A stretch of 64,000 bases of DNA from Cenococcum geophilum (taxonomy: Eukaryota). The stretch is taken from NCBI GenBank assembly GCA_050273025.1, contig CP158636.1, forward strand, positions 8,494,001 to 8,558,000, in the 5' to 3' direction. Below, in pieces: positions 50,641 through 61,700 of this stretch. Numbering within the stretch: position 1 is the stretch's first letter; every line of letters begins with the position of its first letter. A program made the position numbers and the translations under genes. Under the pieces are notes generated by a model. It had not been told where the DNA came from. It saw only the letters and a program-made list of their open reading frames with translations, and did no database searches.

Positions 50641-53600
50641 ATAGCCTATCTACTTAACCTTATACTATATTTTATTGTTAATATTCTTATAACTAACAAT
50701 CTTTAAAACTTACTATTTATCTTCCTTTTATCCTCTATATGTGTCTACTTTATAAATTAATGGCTTAATATTTCTATATACTAGCTTTAGCATTATAATA
50801 TATTATATAGGGTAGATCTTTATCTTAGCTAGTAGGTTTAACTTAAATATAACCGGTAAAATCCTTTATATAATTTTAAAAGGTCCTAGTCTAACATAGT
50901 CCAATTTCTTACTTAGTTGTTAACTCTTAAAATTTTTATATAATAGCTATACTTTATCTCCCTCCTTAAGATCTGGTCCCTTAGATCTTTTAGCATTATA
51001 GTATCTTTTTATTCTTTTTTATACTTTTTTTGCTAATTCCATAAGGTCTATATAAAGATTCATTAGTATCTTTATTCTTTCTTTAGCTATACTACTCGTT
51101 TTTTTACTTATTATAGTAATAATAATATCCTTAGCTTATATCTATAATTTGCCTTAAATAGTAATATACCTATTCCTTATTATAGTGTTGAATTATATAT
51201 AAACTATATAACTAGTAATAATAATACCCAATTATTCTGTACGTAATTAATATAATACCTTAGATACTATTCTAGCGTCTAATTTAATCTTTCCGTTTAA
51301 CCGTCCGTCTGTAGATAATATACGGTAGAAGTTACTGCTCTAACTCCTTATTCCGCTAAGAATACCTCCTAAAATATTACTATAAATCTTAGATCTTTAT
51401 TTAATATAATCTTATTTAGTGCTCTATATCTTATAAATACTTCTTTAATATAGATTTTAGTAATATCTTTTACTAAGATTTCTTCTATACATGCTATAAA
51501 GTAGCCCTATTTAGTTAACTTGTCCACTATTACTAAAATTACATTATAATCTTATCCAGTAATAGGATCTCTTAACTTTAGTAACTTAATAATAAAGTCC
51601 TATAATATAACCTCCCATAGTCTCTCTGGTATTTTAATAGGTTATAGCCCTCTATATAGCCTATACCTTATTAGCTTATTCCTTTAGCAATCTAGATACT
51701 CTTTTATTACTTTTCTAGCTATACCTTAGATTCCGTTAATAATATATTCCTCCTAAAGTCTTAATACTAAGCCTATTGCTCTATTGTGTCCCTAAGTTAT
51801 TCCCTTATAAAAGTCTTCTATAAAATGCTCTACTATGCTCCTTAGGATATACTTTACTTCTTAATTTTTATATATATCTATCTATAGATCTTCTAGCTAT
51901 GCTTCTAGAATTCTTTATATTTAAAAGCTTTCTAGTATCTTGTAGACTCCTTCTAGTTCGTTATCCTCTTAAGTTGCTACTAGCTTAGGGTAATTGTATC
52001 TAATTAATCCGTTCTTATCTCTACGTAGTATTACTCCTAATAGTTTCTTATTACTCTATAATTTAGCCTTTCTACTAAGTGCGTCTGCCCTTATACTCTT
52101 AGTTCCTTTTATATACTAAATCTTAAAATAGTATTTTATAAGCATCTCTACCTATCTAACTTATCTATAATTAAGTTCTTTCGTTATTAGGAACCCTGTT
52201 AGGTTTTTATAATCTATCTTAACTATAAATAATTTTTCTACGCCTTATAAGAATGCTCTTTATTTCTTAAGTGCTATAACTATACCTAACAACTCCTTAT
52301 TATAGATGTTATAGTTTAACTCTAGTGGTATTGTGGGAGGGTACGACCTCTCTAAGATAGGAAAGTCACAGTGCTGTCTGTCTGTCTGTCTGTCGGTCGG
52401 TCGGTCGGTTGGTCGGTTAGTCGGTTAGTTGTAATTAGTCAGTAGAACAGTTAATAAGAAGGAAAGAAAGGAGTGTATTTCCGGTAACTAGTAGAGTCGT
52501 GATATATATGATAGAGGGAAGAAGGAAGGAAGCCGAAGGCTTTATAAATATAGGAAAATGCTAAGACAGTAGGCGATGTCCAATCTACACCACTATATAC
52601 CTCCCCCACTAAGAACGTTGTCCCCTAACGTTCTATAATATAGAAGAATAGCAAAACGAGAGTATAGCAAAAGCAGAATAGATAAAGGAAAGTATATCCC
52701 CAAACGAACGCAGGTAACTATATCCTTAGCCTCCCTATAGAACTGTTCTACGGTGTCCTTCCGTTACCTATAGCTAAGATCCGATCTTCCTACTAGTAGC
52801 AACTAGGACAGCAGTAACGGCAGTAACAGTAACAGTGGCATAAACTGTAATAAAAGCAGACAGTTAGCGCGGTAAAATAAAATAGAATGGTCGTCGGTAG
52901 AACAGTCGGTAGAAGAACTTAGTAACAGTTAGTAAGCAGCAGAACTTTAAGTAGCAGAAATCTCGCTAGCGGCAGACAGTCGATAGTAGTTGGTTGGTCG
53001 CAGTTAGTTAATATAGCAGTAGCGGTAGTAGTAGTAACAGAACGGTCAATGGCAGTGGTTAATAGCAGTCGGTCGGAGGCGGCTAGTCGGAACGGCGGCG
53101 GCGGGGCGATCGAAACGGTAGGGTATGGCGGTCGGGAGAGCAGCAGTAGAACAGTTAAAATAGCATTAGGCCTAGAACAGGTTGGTTGGAATAGTTGGAC
53201 AATATAACAGATCTAGCAGATTTAGCAGCGGTATAGACCTAGCAACGGTACAGATCTAGAACAGTAGAGACAGAGCAGTCGGTTGAGACAGCAAGGACGA
53301 AATAGCTGAACGAAATAGTAATAGCAGCAGCGGTGGCGGCAGGGTAGTTGATTAAGGTAGCAGAGGCTCTGGCTTGATTTGATTGTTCGGTTGGCCGTTT
53401 AATATTAAGACTCTGCATCTGGCTCTGCATCGGTCTGCATCGTATACAGCTCTTAATTAAGGCTGTCCGTAGCTTTGCATCAGGCCCTATACCTAGCTGT
53501 GCGTCTATTTGTGCATCTAGCTGTGCATTAGTAGCTCTGCATTGCATATTCTGCGTCTGTGTCTGCGTGCGTGTCTGCGTGCGTGCCTATATGCCTGCTT

Positions 53601-55779
53601 TGACTGCTGGCCGAAGACTGTATAATTGATTAGCGACGACGTACTGCAACTAATCGTTCGGTCGTTTAATTAAGGTAGAAAGTTGGCCCGGTTAAAGGCT
53701 CTGATTGTCCTGATTTGAATGCGGAGACGGCGTTTAGCTGATTGAGATTTGATGAGGCCCTGGCTTGACTTAAGGTGTTTTCTGCTGCATGTACGACTAG
53801 GGCTTTGCATCCGTAGACAGTTAGTTAAAGCTTTCGTGTAGACGTCCAATTGGTTAAGGCTTCGCATTTGCCGTTCGATTAAGGCTTTGTATATATCGGC
53901 GTCCAGTTAAGCTGCCGTACTGTTGTCTAATCAAGGCTCTGCATCTGTATGCTCTATATCTATAGACTCCCTATATAACTCCGTGTAAGACTCCGTGTAA
54001 AGCTCCGTATCTATATCTGTAGGAAAGGTCATTTTGGTTAACTAATCCGTGAGCGTCAAGACGGGCGGCAATTGATTAATTAAGGGGTAAAAAGGGAGAG
54101 GCTCTCGCAGAGGCTCTAAGACTTTAATTGGCCGTGTTTCTGACATTCTGTCGACTGTATACTGATTTCCTGGTTAGGCCTAGTGTCTGCGTACCTGGGT
54201 GTCTACCACTGTAGAATCTTTAACTACCGATCGAGGATATCTAACGGCGATGGTGACTAACTTAACTAATAGTAACAACGTATGACCGACGGACGTTTAA
54301 ATAGGGTATTAGGTCGGCCCAACTGAAGGCTCTAATTTAACGACTTGACTTGTACAGGCGGTATTCAACTAATTAGGATTTAACTAAGGCTCTGGCTTAA
54401 CTTAAGGTGTCTTTTGCTACGCGTATGACCTAAGCTCTATATCCGTATGTGTTTAGTTAAGCTCCTATATTATTATCTAATTAAGACTTTGTATTATCGC
54501 ATGATTAATTAAGGCTTTAAATCCGTCGACGTTCCCCTAAGACTCTGTATCCGTAGGCTCTGCATCTATAGATAATTGATTAAAACTTTAGCTGGTAGTT
54601 ATTCGGTTAAAGCTTTGTATCTATATAGTCGTTTAACTAGGGCTCTGCATCTGTAGTTAATTAAGGCTCTTAGTGTCTACTAGACGTCCAATCTAAAGAC
54701 CTATCTTAAGACTTCCTTTCTTATAAGTATACGCGGTAGCTTTTAGTAAACTATTTTCGCGGGCCTAGTGCTTTTTTAGGACGTCCTTTGTAGCTGCTTT
54801 CTTCCCTTTTTAAGCTATCTTTGCTCTTTGCTTCTTCGGCGTATCCTTAGGCTTTTATAGCTGCTTCTTTGTTCTCGCTACTAGCAGTATCCTTGATCTT
54901 CTTCTAGCTTAAGAACCTTTTTAGGGTTGTCTTCTACTTCTAGTCTCTTAATTGCCGTCCTGCTGACTCTATGCTTTGTCTAAGTCGTCCTTTGAAACTA
55001 TCCGGTGGCAGCTTCTTGGCTATTATAACTACCTCTATTGTATATCCCTTGCCCTTATATCTATAATATAGTTCTTCGTTAAGACGACCTTTAAGGAAAA
55101 GCGCTGGCTCCTGTACGTTTATTCCTATTCCCCTTATAATCCTTAATAGGGCCCTTTACTAGCTTAGCCAGATATAGCTTAGTCCTGTCTTTAGTCGTAT
55201 AAGGATAGCTTAGGCTTAAGGTAGTTAGCTGTGCCCTATATACGATCTCTTGTAGAGCATCCTTATCTTCTTTTATCTTGCAGTGCCTCTTTATATACTG
55301 CTTTGCCGTTTCCGCGGTGCTTATTTTCTAATATTATGCTGCTGTCCTTATACGGGTCCCTTCCTTGCCATGGTATCCGTTCTTATCGCGTAGCTAGCGT
55401 AGTACTAAATTCGGATAGTAGTGGCAGTCGTGCTACGATCAGTCGTCGTTCAATTAAGGAACAAGGTCGGCCTGGTTGAAGGCTCTAATTTAACGACATT
55501 TGACTGATTTAATTTAGTGATAGTAATGTGCTGATATCGAGGCTCTGGCTTGATTTGACTCTTCGACCAGTTATGGCTTCTGTACGGTCGCTTAATTGAT
55601 TAAGGCTTCTATGTAGTTATTCGATTAAGGCTTTGCGTCTGGCTCTGCGTTTAGCTCTGTATTATATAATCGGCTCTGTATCCGTGCAATCAATTAAGGC
55701 TCTTAGTGCTATTCTTATCATGCAGCTGGCGTATTTTTAGGGGCGGTGTAGGGTTCTGCCAGCTCTATTGCTGAATGGA

Positions 55780-55822
55780 CCAATTAGGATTTTCCATCCC
55801 TGGGATGGAAAATCACTATTGG
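55780..55822. promoter_or_regulatory. 43-bp dyad CCAAT-N3-GATTTTCCATCCC-N-GGGATGGAAAATC-N3-ATTGG (best-preserved copy; others at 12423-12465, 21862-21904, 36072-36114)
   Basis: Four copies with identical spacing are read directly from the sequence. The regulatory role is inferred only. Confidence 0.5.
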
Positions 55823-55959
55823 CTTGGTGATGGGTGGTGAGCTAAACTAACATCTTTGCAGTAGATCGTCGCGACTGACGCGTCTTGATTAAGAAAGTAA
55901 ATAAAAAAGGAGCTTTAGGAAATGTAGTAATTAAGCAGATAAATAGAAATCTTTTATAC

Positions 55960-58022
55960 GTTACCTGCGTCCCCTCCTCTACCTTAGAACTTGACTGTCC
56001 CCTAGTCAAATATTTTACACCTACTGCGGAGCCTGCTACGGAGCTTATTAGTTAATGGCTGACCTAGTCAAGCGTCCGTCTCTAAGACCGTCTCTAAGGA
56101 TTAGACAATTTATTCTTCTTCCTAGCTTTAGCTGTCTCGTCCGCAGGCCGTGACCTAATCTGGATGTAATCTCCTAGTCATATATTCTTCTCCTACGGCG
56201 GAGCCTGCGGTACCTGCTGCGGAGCCTATAGGTTAATGGCTGTCCTGGTTACACGGCTATCTCTAAGGGTCTGCGGACGTTGCTAGCTAGGTATTACTAC
56301 TGAGTCCGTAGGTCGTACTTAATAGTAGTCCTCCTGGCTTGTACGTGTTTTATCACTGTCCTTTAACACTACCTCGTTATAGAAAGTAGTAAAATCTGTC
56401 TATACTATGGGGGCCTGTTTCTGCGTTTATTCTTGTCCTTCTATTTTCTAATATACCTATTTATCTAAGTCTATTCCTTAGTACGTACGGAGCTAGTTCT
56501 TAATACCCTTTAGTCGTCCTTTATTGCTAAGCCACGGAAGTACTAGTTTAGGTTAATCGCGTATCCCTATTACTAGTCTTCCTTAATCCATATACACAAA
56601 TCCTTGCTAGATAAGATCCTTTAGCTCTTGGTATTCGTACTTAGTAAAACAGTGACTTCCTCCGCATCTAGAATAGGTTTGCTAGCCTTGTTCTTGCGTG
56701 TCCTGCTGACCCTATGCGTCCCGTTACGGCCGTCTAAAGATAGTAGAATTTTGCGGATATTGGGAACCTTATGGATATCAAGAGTTTTGCAGAAGTTAAT
56801 AGTCTTATAGAGGTTGACAGTCTTATAGAATAAAGGGAGCTTAAGTGCTGTTCTGCTAGTTTTTATATTCTAGAACTGTAGCCTAATCTGTAGTGGGTAA
56901 CTACTACTGCATTTAGACTCCTCCATATATACCTAGTCTAGCTAGGTTTAGAAGTCTTCCTTTCCTTTAGTAGTCGAGCCCATTCCTTTGCTGCTATAGC
57001 TCTTATATAAGCTGGACATTCTAGATATCTTCTTCTAAAAGGACAGCTATTTGCTTAGCGTTCTCTATAGCTATTATTCTTAACTCTACGGCCTCCTTTA
57101 GTCTCTTAAACATAAGGGTTCTAGGCTTATCTGCTACGGCTCCTATCTTTTCTATTATATGCCTGCGGTAGTTAGTTAGGAGTCCTTATATAAACTACTA
57201 CCCCTTCTCTTACTTAGTAAGGTTTCCTATAGCTACCGCTTTAGCTAAGATAGTAGTAAAATCCTACATATAGTGACGTAATTTGCCTGGCTGTTCTATA
57301 GATTTTTAAACAAAAGCTTTTATAAAGTCTCTTGTCTCCATGCGTTGGTAGTAGTTATCCGCTCAATATTTAGCCCTAAGCTTTCTTATAAGCTCCGTCT
57401 AATCGCCAGCCGTAAATTTAGGCAGGCTTTGGATCTATATCCCTATTTAGTAATCGCAGTACTCCGGAAGGCCCTAGTGCTTCTTTTTACTCGTTATATA
57501 GTATTAGACGCATAGCCGCTTGTACTGTTTAATAAACTGCGACACGTTTTATCCTATAAAGTAGGGAGTCCCAATAGTTCCTAGGGCTGGTATAGGCTGA
57601 ACTATAACGTAGATCTTGTCTTAAGCTGTTAACTACTAGTTATGTGCATCTATAGCTTCCTTAGGAGCTTACAGGTGGTTATTACAGCTCTTATCCTTTG
57701 TTTGCTAAGGGTTATCGGTCCTAGGTATTACGGGTAAGCGCTACGGTAGGTCTGCTTATATGGCCGTAGTCTTAACAGAGGGTGTCCTAGATAGCTGTCC
57801 TAGCGGTACCTTAATAGGTGCATACTGCGGCTAGTCTACTTATACAGCTATGTCCCTAATAGAGGGCACCTGATTTTTAATACCTATAGGGGGGTCTCCC
57901 TAAGAGAGTATAGAATCTTCATTATCTACTGCTACTAGGCCTTGGTACGTCTATCTATTTTAGCCTACTATTATTCCGCGCGGCAGTTCTTTACAGAGTG
58001 CTTTTAGAGCTACTACTGACAT
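55960..58022 (-). pseudogene. gag-like ORF of element 52332-59290
   Basis: Minus strand reads GTPYFxG*NVSQFIKQYKRLC...GLPEYCDY...D*TELIRKLRAKY (~57360-57590) and a knuckle-like T(C)SRCGGSH..(C) ~56630-56680. Ends are approximate. Confidence 0.65.
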
Positions 58023-58326
58023 AATCCGGACGACTTAAAAGAGGATAAAGCTAAGCTAGAATAGGAAGCTTTTAAGGACAGATTTGATCTTATATGCTTA
58101 TGACCTTGCTCGGTATTATATCCTTTATTTATAAAGGGCAGTATTAACTTCCTTCGCCGCCAGATGTCTTAGATCTCGTTTCCATCCAATTAATTGGCCT
58201 TTAGCCACCCGTCTCTACGTCTTTAATAAAGGTCTGGCCATGCTCGGTAGTAGAGCTTGGTAACTCCGACCCCGGTTAAAGTTATCTAATTAGCTTGTTG
58301 GTTCGCCCGACGTCCTTATATATAAC

Positions 58327-58712
58327 CAGTGAGGTTATCCATATTCGATATTGATTAACGATTATTGAATATTGAATATTTTATATATATATGGCAGTAT
58401 TTAACCGTTTTACATAGTTATATACATGAAATTAGGGTATGCTATAGGCCGCGGTATAAATAATAGGTAGGAAATAGGTAAAAGATATATAGTGGAGGGA
58501 AAAGAGGTAGGGGGAGGGGGGAGCATTGTGTCTAAATGCCTGTGCACGGCTGTACACGCCTGTGCACGGATCCTACTTTATTACGTGTTTCAATTTTATA
58601 TAGAGGCTTGGCTTAATATTCAATATTTAATAAAATGTTCAATATAAGTTGGCGGTTCAATATCAATATCAATACGCCCTTATATTGATATTGAATATAG
58701 AATACCTCACTA
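58327..58712. mobile_element. hAT-superfamily MITE (386 bp)
   Basis: TIRs cagtgaggt.../...acctcacta, an 8-bp TSD TATATAAC (58319-58326, 58713-58720), and subterminal (atattg)n/(caatat)n repeats. Confidence 0.88.
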
Positions 58713-61700
58713 TATATAACTTTCCAAGACCTTTGCCACTTCTTATTACTACTCTCTGGCCTATACGTTAAGTCTAATGTCCGTCTTTTCTACTGTCTTT
58801 TTGTTTAGGGACTACCTGATTCCCCTTACTGTCCGATACTGCCTGGTTCTTTAGTTCTGCTGTCTTGTTTATCTAGCTGGTCGTTCTTCCACAGCTAGTT
58901 ATTCTTCCGCAGCTGGCGGTTCTTCTATAGTCGTAGTATATTCCTACGTGTCTCCTATATATATAGCACTAGACTTCTAATCTAAAGAGCTTGCCGTCGT
59001 CCCTACGTGGAATGCCATAAAATATATGGGAGGGTGCGACCTCTCTAAGATAGGAAAGTCACAGTACTGTCTGTCTGTCTGTCTGTCAGTCGGTTAGTTA
59101 GTTGGTTAGTTGGTTAGTTAGTCGTAATTAGTTAGTAGAACAGTTAATAAGAAGGAAAGAAAGGAGTGTATTTCTGGTAACTAGTAGAGTCGTGATATAT
59201 ATAATAGAGGGAAGAAGGAAGGAAGCTAAAGGCTTTATAAATATAGGAAAATGCCAAGACAGTAGGCGACGTCCAATCTACACCACTATAGTATTATCTT
59301 TTAACTATAATACGCTACTAGGTGCTATACGTCCTTATACTTTTATAGTAAATATATTCCTAGTATAAAGTCTAATACATCCGTTTCCACAACTATGTTT
59401 AGTCTTAGTTAGTAGATCTTAAGGATTAGCTCCTAGGTAAATAGCTCCTTAAGTTCTTTAAATAACTTCCTTTATTTATCTCCTTATACCTATAGTTCCT
59501 CTTTTTTTATAAGTCTGGTAAAGGGTTTAACGTTCTTTAACTATTATATTATAAACCTTCTATAGTAGTTATAAAACCCTAAGAATAACCTTAACTGTGT
59601 TACATTCTTTAGTTCTTACTAACTTATTATAGCTTTAATCTTCTTTAGGTCTATACTAATATATTCTAGTTTAATAATAAATCTAATAAAATTGGTCTTC
59701 CTAGTAAAGAACTCGCATTTCTTAATTACTACTAGCATCTATTCTTCTTATAGTCTCTTTAAAACCCATTTAACGTATTCCCTATACTCTTCCTTAGTTA
59801 TTAAGTAGATAATAATAATATTAAGGTATGCTATAATAAACTTATTAAGGTATTCTTCTAATACACTATTAATTTGCTTCTAAAATATTGCTAGTATATT
59901 TATTAACCTAAATTATATAACTAATAGTTTATATAGTTCTTCCTTTAACCTAAAGGCTGCCTTTTATTTATTACCTTCTTTAATTCTAATCTAATAGTAC
60001 GCCTATCTTAGATCTATCTTTGTAAAGATTTATACATTACCTATCCTATCTTAGATTTCGCTAATTAAGGGTAAAGGATACCTATCCTTCCGCGTAATGC
60101 TATTTAACTATTTATAGTTAATATATAGCCTAAGTTTTCTGTTCTTCTTTAGTACAAACAATACTAGATAACCTATTAATAACTATAATAGTCTAATATA
60201 TCCCTTTCGTAAGTTCTCTTAGACAAACTCTTTAAGTGCTCTTAACTCCTCCTAAGTAAGCTTATAGGTTAGAAAAAACCTTAGACTTATTCCTAGTTCC
60301 AACTCTATCTTATAGTCCTATACTATATAATCTACTAGCTTTTTACTTTTTAGGCTCTATAGTTTCTTACTATACTTATAGTATTTTTTTAGTATATAAC
60401 TTAAGCCTTACTTAGTCTCTTCGTATATTGCTCCGACTTAGTACTATACTAACTTAGTTTACTATTGCATTTTACGGCGTTAAGTATCTCTAATATTAAC
60501 CTATCCTATAATCTAATCAATTTTTAGATTATATTTCTATAACTAAGGCATCCTTAGTACTGCCTTATCCCGTCCTAATAGTAGGATATTAAAAGATATC
60601 TTAATTCGTCTCCCTTTAATGGTTATTTAAACTAGTCCTGTTTTAAGGTTAATAATCCCTCCTCTATAGGTTATTAGATCTCCTAAAATTATAACTAATA
60701 GGTAAGGTTGTTTCTTTTGCCTATAAGGTAATCCTATTTTTTTTAACTACTACTAGTAAGATATAGTTCCGCGTTACTCTACTATCTATTAGTACCTCGA
60801 ACTACTAATCTTACTAATTAACTTATAAATTTAGATATTATCCTTAAATTCCTTTAAGGGTCTAAGGCTCTACTACTGGCTCCCTCTAGTCCTATAGGTC
60901 TTTACTTTTCCTAACTATTAGCTGCTTAATCCTTATATATTTAGCTTACTCTTTAGCCGGTACCTAGTTCACTTTTTATCCTCTATATACTATAGATATA
61001 TATTCTCTAGGTATTCTCACTACTATTATCCATCTAAGCATTCTTCTATAAGGAATTTTTCTAGTTAAAGTATTAAGTTGCCTAACTCCTAAACTTCTGT
61101 TAGATGCTATCTATATATATACTTAGCATTCCTATACTATCGCTTATCTAGTGCCTAATATATCCTTACTAAGTACTTCTAATTCTTTTCTTTCGGATTC
61201 TTGTATATTTTATATATATTATCTACATATATAATCTATAATAGCGTATAGTATACTAGGTACTTTAGGTTAACTCTTAGCTCGTCTTTATCTTCAAGTT
61301 TAAACCTCTATTATACTAATCTAAACGTTATAACTTCGTTCGCGGGTATTAAGATTTATCTCTCGCTTCTCTAGTCCTCTAATTATTCCTTTAAATCCTT
61401 TAATATTATAATTAAGGCTCCCTTAATATAACTTATAGCCTTTTCTATAATAGGGTAGTCCTAAATAACTCGCTTATCTAACTATATATAGAAATCTTCC
61501 TACTTATTATTATGCCTCTGCCTATACTACCTTTAGTATAGCTGCTAGAGCATATACGGCTTGTCTATAAGGAAGTATCTTTTTATTACTATGTTATAAC
61601 AGCCCTTTATATATTATTCTTTAAACCTAATAGGGATTCCTAAATCCTCTTCATTTTCTAGTTTAATAAGCCACTTAGCTTTCGGTATACCTACCCTAGG

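Larger units (their letters stand above)
52332..59290 (-). mobile_element. LTR element with a Gypsy-type gag but no recognisable pol (non-autonomous)
   Basis: 266-bp LTRs at 52332-52597 and 59025-59290 containing (TCTG)n(TCGG)n, with PPT gggggaggta next to the left LTR. A 4-bp TSD GTAT restores the host RNase H frame. Confidence 0.88.
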
